Shown: in pieces, positions 1 to 11,561 of the stretch | Numbering within the stretch: position 1 is the first letter of the stretch | Layout: every line of letters begins with the position of its first letter | NCBI GenBank assembly: GCA_033723415.1 | Contig: JAWVXD010000003.1 | Span: forward strand, 64,001-128,000 | Direction of reading: 5' to 3' | Source of the DNA: Sulfurospirillaceae bacterium | GTDB lineage: Bacteria; Campylobacterota; Campylobacteria; Campylobacterales; Sulfurospirillaceae | DNA length: 64,000 bases | Notes under the pieces: model-generated | The model's input: only the letters and a program-made list of their open reading frames with translations | What the model was told of the DNA's origin: nothing | The model's database searches: none | Made by a program: the position numbers and the translations under genes

Positions 1-289
1 AAATAAAAATAACAAAGAAAAGAAACAAAATAAGGACAATAGACAGAACAAAAATGATCAACAAAACAAGGATCAACAAAAAAGTCAAAACAGGGATAAG
101 AAAAAGAGTCCGCCTGCACCAAAAAAACAAAATAAAAAGGAAACTAAAGGAAGCATAAAAAAAGCTCCTCCTATAAGTGATATGGAAGAGCGAAAATACA
201 AAAATATGTTAGATAACAGAGGAATAAATACACTAATGCTTCCGATAAAATCAAAAGGAGATGATAATCATGAAGAAAATCCTTGGTAA
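1..289 (+). CDS. 3' end of a BatB/BatC-type (VWA/TPR) protein, partial
   Basis: Frame from nt 2 is open to TAA at 287-289. It has a K/Q/N-rich low-complexity tail ending ...SDMEERKY...EENPW*, typical of Bat TPR proteins, and lies directly upstream of a BatD-like gene. Confidence 0.65.
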   Translation, partial: NKNNKEKKQNKDNRQNKNDQQNKDQQKSQNRDKKKSPPAPKKQNKKETKGSIKKAPPISDMEERKYKNMLDNRGINTLMLPIKSKGDDNHEENPW

Positions 290-1805
290 AATCTTTGCAG
301 TAGCACTTTTTACGACAACACTGTTTGCGGGTGTAAAAGCTTATGTAAATCAAAGTGCGATTTACTCAGGTGACAGTATAAGTTTTACTATAAGCATTGA
401 TGGCCAAAATCCAAAATTTCCAAATATTACACAAATAGGTGCATATAGTGTTTTAGGGGTTTCATCTTCACAAAGTGTTAATATTATAAATGGAGATTAC
501 AAAAGTGTAGTTTCAAAGACGTATGAATTTTCACCTACAAAAAGCATGACAATCCCATCATTTAAAGTAGAAAGTGATGGAAAAACATATAATACGACAC
601 CAATAGAAATAAAAGTTTTAAAGCCTAGTGCATCAAAACCGACTGATGAAGTCTCAATAAGCATGGTTGCTAATAAAAATAAAGTTTATGTTGGTGAACC
701 TATCAAGCTTGCAGTGAAAGTAAAATATAAATTAAATGCAAATATTGATAAAATTTCACTAACTGAGCCAAAGATGGACAATTTTTGGGTGAAAAAAAGC
801 GATAAGCCAGTGCAATCTATGAACGGTGATACTGTCATTCAAACATATAATTATCTTATTTTCCCTCAAAATAGCGGAAATTTTACGATAGATCCAATTA
901 TTGCAAAAATCGGTAAAGTTTCTCGCACAAATACAGGCGGTAGTTTGGGTGGAAATTTTTTCAATGATCCCTTTTTTAATGCATTTAATTCTCAGATCAG
1001 ATGGAAAAAGATCTTTTCAAATGACTTGAATGTTAGTGTAAAGCCGTTGCCGGATAATTTAGAAGTTTACGGTTCGTTTCATATAAATGCTAGTGTTGAT
1101 AAGAGTGAAACTTTTGCAAATAAACCTGTAAATCTAACAATAAAAATAGATGGAACAGGAAATATAGACGATATAAAGAAGTTTTCCGTCAATATGCCGA
1201 ATGTTGTAGAATACTCAGATAATCCAACCGTAAGATCTGGACTAAATGCAGGTCATTATGGTGGAGTTTTTAGCCAAAAGGTGGCTCTTATCGCAGATAA
1301 GGATTTTGTTATTCCCTCTTTAAAATTTACATATTTTGATAAAAATCTAAAGAAGGTAGTCACAAAAGAAACCAAGCCAATATCCATAAAAGTAAAGGGT
1401 GGAGTAAAAGTTGAAGCAGCACCTAAAATAGACACTTTGGATTCTAAAACCAATAATACCAAAGCACCAAGTGTTTCAATTAAAAACAATGTTTCGAATA
1501 ATACAGAGGTTCCTTATCTAAAATATATATTTCTTCTTTTAGGTTTTGTTCTTGGCTGTATAGTGACTTTTCTGTTTGTAGGTAAAAATAGAAAAACAAA
1601 AAAGAAGCAAGAACTTCCTATTATTAAGCAAATCAAAAAAGCTAAAAACAACAAAGAGCTTTTTGATGTTTTATTATCTAGTCAAAAAGATGATCCTTTT
1701 ATACAAAATATTGTCGAAAAATTAGAAGAAAATATTTATAGAAAAGGACAGCACAAGTTTTCAAAGAAAGAGTTAATAGAGCATTTTTTGGAAATTGAAT
1801 TATAA
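270..1805 (+). CDS. batD: BatD family protein
   Basis: Signal peptide MKKILGK..., repeated Ig-like segments (VYVGEPI), C-terminal TM helix. AAGGAG at 255-260 favours ATG 270. Confidence 0.8.
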   Translation: MKKILGKIFAVALFTTTLFAGVKAYVNQSAIYSGDSISFTISIDGQNPKFPNITQIGAYSVLGVSSSQSVNIINGDYKSVVSKTYEFSPTKSMTIPSFKVESDGKTYNTTPIEIKVLKPSASKPTDEVSISMVANKNKVYVGEPIKLAVKVKYKLNANIDKISLTEPKMDNFWVKKSDKPVQSMNGDTVIQTYNYLIFPQNSGNFTIDPIIAKIGKVSRTNTGGSLGGNFFNDPFFNAFNSQIRWKKIFSNDLNVSVKPLPDNLEVYGSFHINASVDKSETFANKPVNLTIKIDGTGNIDDIKKFSVNMPNVVEYSDNPTVRSGLNAGHYGGVFSQKVALIADKDFVIPSLKFTYFDKNLKKVVTKETKPISIKVKGGVKVEAAPKIDTLDSKTNNTKAPSVSIKNNVSNNTEVPYLKYIFLLLGFVLGCIVTFLFVGKNRKTKKKQELPIIKQIKKAKNNKELFDVLLSSQKDDPFIQNIVEKLEENIYRKGQHKFSKKELIEHFLEIEL

Positions 1806-1808
1806 GAT

Positions 1809-1848
1809 TAAGTATCGAATATCAGTAACGAATGATATTTGATACTTA
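1809..1848. terminator. Bidirectional hairpin between convergent batD and rrf2
   Basis: TAAGTATCGAATATCA-8 nt-TGATATTTGATACTTA, 16-bp stem with one G-U pair. Confidence 0.6.
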
Positions 1849-2259
1849 TATTTTTGATCCTTGATGTGCTATGTCAGCCAAACTTGATTCTTGAAAAATC
1901 TTTTGCAATAACAATTTGGGTTTCATCCACTGGTCATGCAAAGCACATTTTTTTACACTATCACAAAAACCTATACCCAAAAGACATTGCTCATTCTCGG
2001 TAGAATCGTGAAATATCTTTAAAATATCATCTATCCTAATATTTGAAGGCTTTTTTTTAAGCTTAAAACCACCTTCTCTGCCTCTAATGGAAATAACTAA
2101 ATCTGCTTTAACAAGTTCAGTCATAATCTTTGTTAAAAATTTGTAAGGAATATGTAGTGTGTCAGATATCTGCGAAGCACTGATAAGAGAGTTTTCCTCT
2201 TGTGCTGCAATATGAGCTAAAATTCTGATCGCATATTGAGAAGTATTGCTTAGCTTCAT
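1846..2259 (-). CDS. Rrf2 family Fe-S transcriptional regulator
   Basis: N-terminus MKLSNTSQYAIR, wing motif SIRGREGGFKL, C-X6-C-X5-C-X2-H cluster motif. Confidence 0.92.
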   Translation of the reverse strand: MKLSNTSQYAIRILAHIAAQEENSLISASQISDTLHIPYKFLTKIMTELVKADLVISIRGREGGFKLKKKPSNIRIDDILKIFHDSTENEQCLLGIGFCDSVKKCALHDQWMKPKLLLQKIFQESSLADIAHQGSKI

Positions 2260-2304
2260 GGATTTTCCTTCTAAAAATATTTAATATTTTACACTAAATT
2301 TATT

Positions 2305-2372
2305 AATTCTACCTTTAAGTAGTAATTAATATTTTTTTGCTATCATTTCAATTACTACTTAAAGGTAGAATT
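2305..2372. promoter_or_regulatory. Perfect 23-bp inverted repeat flanking an extended -10 of the nor promoter; probable paired operators
   Basis: AATTCTACCTTTAAGTAGTAATT (2305-2327) and AATTACTACTTAAAGGTAGAATT (2350-2372). The spacer holds TGCTATCAT (2338-2346). Confidence 0.7.
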
Positions 2373-2388
2373 TAAAATAGGAGTGAGA

Positions 2389-2835
2389 ATGTCTGAGCGT
2401 ATTACTAAAGATATGGCCAGAAATATCTATTTTGGCGGGGGTCTTTTTGCTATTTTGCTATTTGTGGGATTGGCACTTGATACGGTACATCAAATACCCA
2501 AAGCAAGCCATGAAGCGATGATCACAAAATCTGTGATAGCAGGAAAGAAGATTTGGGAAGACAATGATTGTATCGGTTGCCACACAATATTGGGGGAGGG
2601 TGCATACTATGCCCCTGAATTAGGCAATGCTTTTCAACGCTTAGGCAATGGAGACGAAGCGACGTTTAAAGCATATATGCAAGGATGGATGGCAGCACAG
2701 CCGCTTGAAGTGCATAATAGAAGAAAAATGCCTCAATTTCACTTAACACCGAAACAGGTCAATGACCTATCGGATTTTTTAATTTGGACATCCAGAGTCA
2801 ACACTCAAGGTTGGCCAGGAAATATACAAGGATAA
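2389..2835 (+). CDS. norC: Nitric oxide reductase cytochrome c subunit
   Basis: MSERITKDMARNIYFGG N-terminus, one TM helix, CIGCH haem motif, GEGAYYAPEL, MPQF. AGGAG at 2379-2383. Confidence 0.95.
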   Translation: MSERITKDMARNIYFGGGLFAILLFVGLALDTVHQIPKASHEAMITKSVIAGKKIWEDNDCIGCHTILGEGAYYAPELGNAFQRLGNGDEATFKAYMQGWMAAQPLEVHNRRKMPQFHLTPKQVNDLSDFLIWTSRVNTQGWPGNIQG

Positions 2836-4227
<1,392 letters not shown>

Positions 4228-5967
4228 ATGGACGAAAAAGTCGGTAAATATTGGGATAAATTTGTCACCAAAAAAGCGTCGCGTCTTTATGAAAAAAAGC
4301 AAATACTTTTTGAAGATTATGCAAAATTTTTAAAGATATTTTATCACCTCTTAGGAGGTGATAAAGCAAAAGAGCTTCATATTACCGACAAAAGATTTCT
4401 TTTGACCACACGAACGATGTTTGAGAAATTTTCAGGGAAAGGAAAGAGCTTTTTTCTATCGTGGCAAGATGAGAAAGCTCTTTATTTTCCTGCCTCATTG
4501 GCTTTTTTTGATGAAAAAAAACTCAATGCAATGCACTATTATTGGCTATGCGCTATGCTCGCTCTAGTGGATATCACAAACCGGAACATCGCAGAAGAGA
4601 ATACAAAAGCCACCAACTTCCTAATACAAAAATATCCTGGTTTTTTTGATTTTTATAATAAAGCACAAGCAAGCTTGATGATCGATTATCCAGAATTATT
4701 ATCTAGTGATGTGAGCTATCCTCACCCTCTTTGGATCTATCCAAGTGCTTCAAAACCTAAACAATTTCGTGATTATGGTGAAGAAGAGATGGGACGAATG
4801 AATGGGAAAAATGATAAAACAGAAGAATTGAAGATGAAAAAAAGAGCTGAGCGGAACGATAATGAAAAAGAGAGTGACGGTCTTTTGCTGTTTTTGCCAG
4901 AATCAATGATGAGTTTCATGGAACAAATCAACGTAGATCGACAAGAAAATGATAGCTTTGATGAAAATGCGCTTTATAATGCAGAAGATTTAGATGAGAT
5001 AACGCTTGGCAAAAAAGATGCAAATCTTGCTTCAAGAATCAAAATCGATTTGGATATTTCTGCAAATTCTGCTGAAGATTATCCGCTTGGAAAAGGACAT
5101 TTTAGAGATGAGTGGGATCATAAAAAAGAAAGCTATCTCAAAAATTATGTTTGTATCAAACCACAGATATCAATAAATGTCCAACCGATCATACTACCAA
5201 AAAGACTTGAAAAAATGATGAGACAAATCCAAAACGAATTGGATTTGATGGAACTTGATCGTATAAAAATAGATAGTTTATCATATGGAGATGAGATCAA
5301 TTTAGATTCTTGGATCGATTATAAAGGAAACAAGAACCGCTCGAATCATCCTCAGAGGTTTTTTGAAAGCTACAAGAAAAAAACTCGTGATATGGCTACA
5401 TTGCTTCTTGCTGATATCTCGCTCTCAACAGAATCTGGTATCACGCAAGAGATACGCGTGATCGATATGATAAAAGATACTCTGATGGTATTTGCCGAAT
5501 CACTTCAGCGACTAGAAGATCGATTCGGGATCTATGCTTTTTCATCTATTCGTAATAAAAAAGTTCATTTTCATATCATCAAAAATTTTAAAGAAAAGTA
5601 TAACGATATTGTTCGTGGTCGTATCGATGTCATTAAACCGGGCTATTATACACGCTTAGGTGCAGCAATCAGAGAAAGTGCCAAGATTTTAGACAAACAG
5701 CAAAGTGCCAATAAACTACTCTTGATACTGAGTGATGGCAAACCTAACGATTTGGATCGCTACGATGGAAAGTATGGCATCGAAGATACAAAAAAAGCCA
5801 TCGAGGAAGTAAAACAAAAAGGAATCGTTCCTTATTGTATCACGATTGATGTGGAAGCTAGAGAATATCTTCCACATCTTTTTGGAAAAAGTTCATTTTC
5901 TGTGATCCGTGATGCAAAAAAATTACCCAAAGTCTTAACCGAAATCTATATGAATTTAACGAAGTAA
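4228..5967 (+). CDS. norD: NO reductase activation protein (VWA domain)
   Basis: C-terminal VWA with DISLST, YYTRLGAAIR and LSDGKPND; EWD motif. Confidence 0.92.
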   Translation: MDEKVGKYWDKFVTKKASRLYEKKQILFEDYAKFLKIFYHLLGGDKAKELHITDKRFLLTTRTMFEKFSGKGKSFFLSWQDEKALYFPASLAFFDEKKLNAMHYYWLCAMLALVDITNRNIAEENTKATNFLIQKYPGFFDFYNKAQASLMIDYPELLSSDVSYPHPLWIYPSASKPKQFRDYGEEEMGRMNGKNDKTEELKMKKRAERNDNEKESDGLLLFLPESMMSFMEQINVDRQENDSFDENALYNAEDLDEITLGKKDANLASRIKIDLDISANSAEDYPLGKGHFRDEWDHKKESYLKNYVCIKPQISINVQPIILPKRLEKMMRQIQNELDLMELDRIKIDSLSYGDEINLDSWIDYKGNKNRSNHPQRFFESYKKKTRDMATLLLADISLSTESGITQEIRVIDMIKDTLMVFAESLQRLEDRFGIYAFSSIRNKKVHFHIIKNFKEKYNDIVRGRIDVIKPGYYTRLGAAIRESAKILDKQQSANKLLLILSDGKPNDLDRYDGKYGIEDTKKAIEEVKQKGIVPYCITIDVEAREYLPHLFGKSSFSVIRDAKKLPKVLTEIYMNLTK

Positions 5968-5976
5968 AGGAAAGAT

Positions 5977-6753
5977 ATGTCAAAAACTTACTATGTCCCG
6001 CAATCTAACGAAATCGAGTTGTTTGAAGCTGCCGCAGGCATGAATCTACCAGTTTTGATCAAAGGTCCGACAGGATGCGGAAAAACCAGGTTTATCGAAG
6101 CTATGGGAGAGAAACTGGAACGAGATGTCTATACCGTAGTGTGTCATGATGATTTGAGTGCAGCAGATCTTGTAGGTAGGCATTTGATAGATGAGAACGG
6201 TACCTTTTGGCAAGACGGACCTCTGACAAAAGCAGTCAGAAACGGTGGGATCTGTTATCTTGATGAGATCATCGAAGCCAGGAAAGATACGACAGTAGTG
6301 CTTCACTCCTTGGCAGATTATAGACGTGTTTTACCGATAGATCGAACAGGTGAAGTCATAAAAGCGCATCCTGATTTTATGTTGGTGGTATCCTACAATC
6401 CCGGCTATCAAAACGTGCTCAAAGGAATGAAACCTAGCACAAAGCAAAGATTTGTATCGCTTAGTTTCGGTTATCCTAGTCCTGACATTGAAAAAGCCGT
6501 GATTATGAAAGAAAGTGGCGTGAGTGATAAAATTGCTCAAAAACTTGTGAATATTGCCGGAGAGATCCGCCAATTAAGCGAAAGCGATATCCAAGAAGCC
6601 GTCTCGACGAGACTTTTGGTCTATGCAGGAAAACTGATGGTTAAGGGTTTTGATCCGTATCAGGCTTGTGTGCATTCTATCGTGGAATCATTGAGTGATG
6701 AGGATGATGTGTTAGAAGTTTTACATCAGTTGATCTTGTTGCATTTTAAATAA
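5977..6753 (+). CDS. norQ: CbbQ/NirQ/NorQ AAA+ ATPase
   Basis: GPTGCGKT, YLDE, SYNPGYQ, KPSTKQRF. Confidence 0.95.
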   Translation: MSKTYYVPQSNEIELFEAAAGMNLPVLIKGPTGCGKTRFIEAMGEKLERDVYTVVCHDDLSAADLVGRHLIDENGTFWQDGPLTKAVRNGGICYLDEIIEARKDTTVVLHSLADYRRVLPIDRTGEVIKAHPDFMLVVSYNPGYQNVLKGMKPSTKQRFVSLSFGYPSPDIEKAVIMKESGVSDKIAQKLVNIAGEIRQLSESDIQEAVSTRLLVYAGKLMVKGFDPYQACVHSIVESLSDEDDVLEVLHQLILLHFK

Positions 6754-6754
6754 A

Positions 6755-7360
6755 ATGACCGTGCAGCAAGACGTTATTACAAAAGTGCCTTACCCTCCGG
6801 GTGATTTTGCTATTTGGATCGTAATCTATGTCGAATTGGCTACATTTGGCTCTTTTTTTATAGGATATGCCTTTGCAAGACGAGAAAATGTCGAACTTTT
6901 TAATGCATCACAATCGATATTAAATCAAACAGCAGGCTTAATCGATACGCTTCTTTTGATCACGAGCAGTTACTTTATCGTTAAAGCGGTCAATGCCGTG
7001 AAAAACGTAACTTCAACAAATAGTGAAGCAGATCATGTGTGGGCTGCAAGATGGCTGTTAGTTGCTATTGTCTTGGGGCTTTTCTTTTTGATCAATAAGC
7101 TATTGGAATTTTCTGATCTGTTTGAACAAGGTATCGATCTAAATACCAATAAGTTTTTTATGTTTTATTTTATCCTAACAATGTTTCATTTTATGCATGT
7201 CGTTTTAGGTGTCATTATTTTGTTAATTACCCGCGAAAAAACGAAGAAAAACCATTATAGCAGACAAAATTGCAGAGGTATCGAAACGGGTGCTGCTTAT
7301 TGGCATTTGGTAGATTTGTTGTGGATAGTACTTTTCCCACTTGTCTATATCATCCGGTAA
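6755..7360 (+). CDS. norE: Cytochrome c oxidase subunit III-like protein NorE
   Basis: PGD..IW, LT.FHF.HV, YWHLVDLLWIVLFPLVY; located in the nor operon. Confidence 0.88.
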   Translation: MTVQQDVITKVPYPPGDFAIWIVIYVELATFGSFFIGYAFARRENVELFNASQSILNQTAGLIDTLLLITSSYFIVKAVNAVKNVTSTNSEADHVWAARWLLVAIVLGLFFLINKLLEFSDLFEQGIDLNTNKFFMFYFILTMFHFMHVVLGVIILLITREKTKKNHYSRQNCRGIETGAAYWHLVDLLWIVLFPLVYIIR

Positions 7361-7370
7361 AGTGGTGATC

Positions 7371-7625
7371 ATGACAAAAACCGCAGAAAGAATTTGGATT
7401 GTTTTAACGATTTTGACATGGTTTGCCTATCTTCTTGGTGATTTGCAGTTAGTCGGTACATGGATGGTCGAAGCTTTGCTTATATCCACATTTGTTAAAG
7501 GAGGATTGATCATAGATCATTTTATGGGATTAAAAAATGTTCAATATAAGTATCGTCTGGTACCTATTATATGGTTGGTACTGGTCATAAGTTTGGTCGC
7601 AATTTCTTACTATTGGACAATCTAA
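7371..7625 (+). CDS. norF: Cytochrome c oxidase subunit IV-like protein NorF
   Basis: Small 3-TM protein with K..LIIDHFMGLK, following norE. Confidence 0.75.
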   Translation: MTKTAERIWIVLTILTWFAYLLGDLQLVGTWMVEALLISTFVKGGLIIDHFMGLKNVQYKYRLVPIIWLVLVISLVAISYYWTI

Positions 7626-7647
7626 CTATGATCAACATCACATGAGA

Positions 7648-10600
7648 TCAATACTTTGCTAAACCTTTTTTGTATCTTTTCCTATGCAATACCGCATAAA
7701 GGGTAGGGACATAGAGTAAGTTTAACACTGTTCCCCAACCGAGTCCAAAGCCTAGTGATACGGCTAGGGGTTGAAAGATCACGGCTTGTCCTGTTGGAAA
7801 AAATATCAGAGTAGATAAACCCAAAAGAGTTGTGATTGAGGTTAAAAAGATCGGTCTGAGTCTTTTAGCTGATTCTTCAAAGAATTCATCTAGTGTTTTT
7901 GTCTTTCGAAGATAAGTAAGCATCAAAATGCCGTCATTGATGACGACGCCTGCTAGGCCAAGAGCTCCTATGATGGATGGCATACTGAGATTGAGGCCCA
8001 TGATTTGATGTCCTATGATGACTCCTAAAAATGAAAACGGGATAACAGAAGCTATGATAAACGTATCTTTGAAAGAATCGAAAAGGTACAGCAGACTGAG
8101 TATGATGAGCAAGATCGCTACAAATGTCGCACTCATCATGTCAGATCTCAGTTCTGCATTTTTTTGTTTTTCTCCCAGTAATTTTAATCGTATGCCTTCT
8201 TTTTGTATGCTGTTTAGTACAGGTTGTATCTTATCTAATGCTTCTGAGGCAGTTAATATCTTTGGATTTACATTTGCATAAACATAAAATGTTGTTTCTC
8301 CAAAGTCTTTACTGACTTTTTCAAATGATTTACTGATGTTAAAGGTTGCTATGTCGCTTAGCATCACTTTTCTTCCATCGCCTATAGGAATTTTCATATT
8401 TTTTAAAGTGCTGAGTTTATCTTTATCTATGCTTTGTGTTTTTATCTCCAAGAGATCTTTGCTGTCAAGGGCAGTACTTATTTTTTTCTCTAAAAAGAAA
8501 TCAGACAGTATACTCCCAAGAGTTTTCTCACTTAATCCTAACTCCTGTCCATAAGAGTTTAATTTGATCTTGATCTCATCTATACCTATCTTTGCATCAT
8601 CTGATACGGATTTTATACCTTTTAATTTTGAAAGAGACTCTTCTATCTTTGAGATCGCATATTTTGTGTCTTTTGTATTATTTGAAATGATTCCTATCTT
8701 AATATCTGATTTTACGGGACCGGCTCTTCTTTCTGCTACAAACAGCTCTTCGAGTCCTAGTTTCTTTTTAAAACCTTCCTTGTTTAAAAAACTTCTAACT
8801 TCACTTGCTACTTCTTGTGAAGATTTTGTCCTTGTTCTCCCTTCTTTGTCATAATACAAACTTAGGTAAGGAGTGATATATTTATTTACAAAGTCCATAG
8901 GTTTAAGTTTATCTAGCTCTATATTTATATTTGCAACATATGGGTATCTTTCTCCATCTCCTTCGGCATTTGTTCTAAATCCTGCTACTGTAGTGATAGA
9001 ATTTATATTAAATCTCTCTTTGTTTTTATACAATTCTTTAGCTACTTTGTTCGCTTCTTCAAAAGTCTTTTCTATAGGGGTGTTGAGATTCGCTTTTAAG
9101 GAGATCGTCATAAGAGTAGAATCAAACTTTGGAAACATTTGATATCTAGAGTGTTTTATACCAAGTACCGTTAACATAGGAACAAGTATGAGAAATAAAA
9201 AAAGAAAAGTTTTCCTAAAGGTCATGAGCTTGTGAATGACATAGCTATATAGTCTATTTACTTTTTCCCAAGACAAAACTTTTGACTTGTTGTTTAGCAT
9301 ATGTGTTGCATGAAGAGGCAGAAAAATGAATGATTCTATCAAAGAAGCTACAAGTAAAGCAGAAACTGCGATAGGGATGAGTTTCATAAATTCACCCATT
9401 GTCCCGGATAACATAAGTATAGGGATAAAAGAAAAAAGTGTCGTGACTGATGCCATGATAACAGGTTTTGCAACATCTGCAGTTCCTTGAAGAGCCGCTT
9501 CGTAGGGAGAGAATCCTTTTTCTATGTACTGTTGTATACTCTCAGCAACCACTATGGCATCATCTACGAGTATTCCAAGAGCCAGCAAAACTCCTATGAG
9601 TGATATCATATTTATCGTATAACCAAAAAAATGAAAGTATATGATAGCCATTATGATTGATGTAGGAATACCAAGACCAACAATAAAAGCCATCTTTTTA
9701 TTAATTAGTATTGCTAGTAGAAGAGTGACTAGAATCATACTAAAAAGTATATTGGATATGACTATATTTAGTCTATCTCTTATGATTTTACTTCTGTCAT
9801 GTATGATAGAAAAGCTTATATCTTTATTTTTCATCTTGATAGGTTCTAGCATCTTTTCGATATTTTTAGTTGCTTCTAGGGCATTTCCTCCATCAACCTG
9901 AGTTATTGCCAGATTTAAAGAAGGTTTTGTGTCAGTTGTAGAAAGAGTAGTAGCGTCCTCAAATCTCTTTTGGATAGTCGCAACATCACCCAAATATATC
10001 TTCTTAGTGCCTATTTTGATTATGGTCTTTTCCATCTCTTTTGCACTTTTTGCACCATTGTATGTTGAGAGATAAAAATGTTTCCCCAACCCTTCTATCT
10101 TCCCTATAGGAAAGATATAGGAAATATTTGACAATGTTTGAAAAAAAGCACTCTTATCTATGCCTAGGGCATCAAGTTTATTTTCATCGATTTTTACATC
10201 AAAATACATGTCCGAATCCCCGTAAATAGAAACATCGGAGATGTCTTTTACATTGAGAATCTTGGTTTTCAAATCTTTTACAAACTCTTTCAGATGCGGT
10301 AAACTAACCTTATCAGAGGAGACAGAAAGAGTTAGTAAGCTTCTGGAAGTATTTAATACAACAACTTTAGGATCGTTCATATCGCTTGGAAAGTTTTGTT
10401 TTATATCGCTTATAGCATCTTTGATCTTGTTTGAGATATTGTATTTATCATAACCTTTTAAAAGATCTAATGTTATCGAAAAAGAACCAGGTGTGATTAT
10501 GGAGTTCATATCATCAACACCTTCTATCCCTTTGATGGCATCTTCGATCTTTTTTACGGCAATTTTATCTAAAATATCTATAGAAGTTCCGCTGTAACTG

Positions 10601-10749
10601 CCGCTTATCAAGATTTTATCTAAATCAAAAGTCGGAAATATCTCTTTTGGGATCTTTGTGTATGAGTACATCCCCAAAACTATTATGAGCAAGAAAAAAG
10701 TATAGTTCATTCTTGAGTTATCTAGAAAAAATTTAATGATATTTTTCAT
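7648..10749 (-). CDS. RND (AcrB/AcrD/AcrF family) permease
   Basis: 1033 aa, RND topology, GILVDDAIVV, GVVIND, RLRPIFLTSITT. Confidence 0.92.
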   Translation of the reverse strand: MKNIIKFFLDNSRMNYTFFLLIIVLGMYSYTKIPKEIFPTFDLDKILISGSYSGTSIDILDKIAVKKIEDAIKGIEGVDDMNSIITPGSFSITLDLLKGYDKYNISNKIKDAISDIKQNFPSDMNDPKVVVLNTSRSLLTLSVSSDKVSLPHLKEFVKDLKTKILNVKDISDVSIYGDSDMYFDVKIDENKLDALGIDKSAFFQTLSNISYIFPIGKIEGLGKHFYLSTYNGAKSAKEMEKTIIKIGTKKIYLGDVATIQKRFEDATTLSTTDTKPSLNLAITQVDGGNALEATKNIEKMLEPIKMKNKDISFSIIHDRSKIIRDRLNIVISNILFSMILVTLLLAILINKKMAFIVGLGIPTSIIMAIIYFHFFGYTINMISLIGVLLALGILVDDAIVVAESIQQYIEKGFSPYEAALQGTADVAKPVIMASVTTLFSFIPILMLSGTMGEFMKLIPIAVSALLVASLIESFIFLPLHATHMLNNKSKVLSWEKVNRLYSYVIHKLMTFRKTFLFLFLILVPMLTVLGIKHSRYQMFPKFDSTLMTISLKANLNTPIEKTFEEANKVAKELYKNKERFNINSITTVAGFRTNAEGDGERYPYVANINIELDKLKPMDFVNKYITPYLSLYYDKEGRTRTKSSQEVASEVRSFLNKEGFKKKLGLEELFVAERRAGPVKSDIKIGIISNNTKDTKYAISKIEESLSKLKGIKSVSDDAKIGIDEIKIKLNSYGQELGLSEKTLGSILSDFFLEKKISTALDSKDLLEIKTQSIDKDKLSTLKNMKIPIGDGRKVMLSDIATFNISKSFEKVSKDFGETTFYVYANVNPKILTASEALDKIQPVLNSIQKEGIRLKLLGEKQKNAELRSDMMSATFVAILLIILSLLYLFDSFKDTFIIASVIPFSFLGVIIGHQIMGLNLSMPSIIGALGLAGVVINDGILMLTYLRKTKTLDEFFEESAKRLRPIFLTSITTLLGLSTLIFFPTGQAVIFQPLAVSLGFGLGWGTVLNLLYVPTLYAVLHRKRYKKGLAKY

Positions 10750-10812
10750 AATTTGCCTTGAGAGATTTTGTTGTGTGATTTTAGCAAATATTTGTTAATA
10801 GGGTATTAAATC

Positions 10813-10844
10813 GCCTCAAAAATCAATTTTAGGATTTTTGAGGC
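10813..10844. terminator. Hairpin downstream of glycine-zipper gene 1
   Basis: GCCTCAAAAATC-8 nt-GATTTTTGAGGC, 12-bp stem. Confidence 0.6.
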
Positions 10845-10860
10845 ATAGTAATTATAGTGG

Positions 10861-11295
10861 TTATCTATAGTCTCTGTATATCATGACTCTTTCTACTTCA
10901 TGAAATCTATTTCTATTTACATATGCGACTCGCTTCCATCCATGTCTTGGTGTATAGTAAACGACTCTATTCCATCTATGTCTAGGTTCATAATGCACGA
11001 TTCTTCTTTTATATTCTTTTCCATGACTTAGATTTGATCCAACTACCGTGCCTATAACAGCTCCACCGACAGTTGCTACTACTTTTCCGCTTCCACCTCC
11101 TAGTTGATGTCCTAATATGCCTCCGACTACTCCTCCGATAAGAGCACCGACTACTTGATTGTCACGGTTGTTTGATCTATAAACAGTCTTTGTCACAACT
11201 CTGTGTGGCTGATATGTCACATATCTGTTTTCATGAAATGAATCCGCTTGTGATAAGCTAAATATCAAACCGATTGCTAAAAGTATCTTTTTCAT
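10861..11295 (-). CDS. Glycine-zipper 2TM domain secreted protein
   Basis: Signal peptide; GALIGGVVGGILGHQLGGGSGKVVATVGGAVIG. Confidence 0.85.
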   Translation of the reverse strand: MKKILLAIGLIFSLSQADSFHENRYVTYQPHRVVTKTVYRSNNRDNQVVGALIGGVVGGILGHQLGGGSGKVVATVGGAVIGTVVGSNLSHGKEYKRRIVHYEPRHRWNRVVYYTPRHGWKRVAYVNRNRFHEVERVMIYRDYR

Positions 11296-11561
11296 CTCTA
11301 ACTCCTTTGTTATATTTTTGATATTGAAATGATAGAATTTAAAAGTGAAATGATTGTGGATGCTTTTAAGTCACAGATCATAAAACAGTAATAAGTACAA
11401 AATGATATACTCCCTTTTCAATATGTTCTTGCAGAACTACTTATGCATTAAAAAATGATGATTTTACAGATTTTTAATTATTGCGAAAAGCTTATGAAAA
11501 AATAGCAGTTTTATATGGTGTGTCAATTTGAAAAATAATTATGAGCGATATAAAGAAGATA

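Noticed and set aside
1..170. A-rich quasi-repeats (CAAAA, GATCAACAAAA)
   Set aside because: They encode the K/Q/N-rich linker of the Bat TPR protein; not a repeat array.
8015..10453. Many short ORFs antisense to long genes, here and throughout the ORF track
   Set aside because: Shadow ORFs with no ribosome sites or motifs, fully overlapping well-supported genes.
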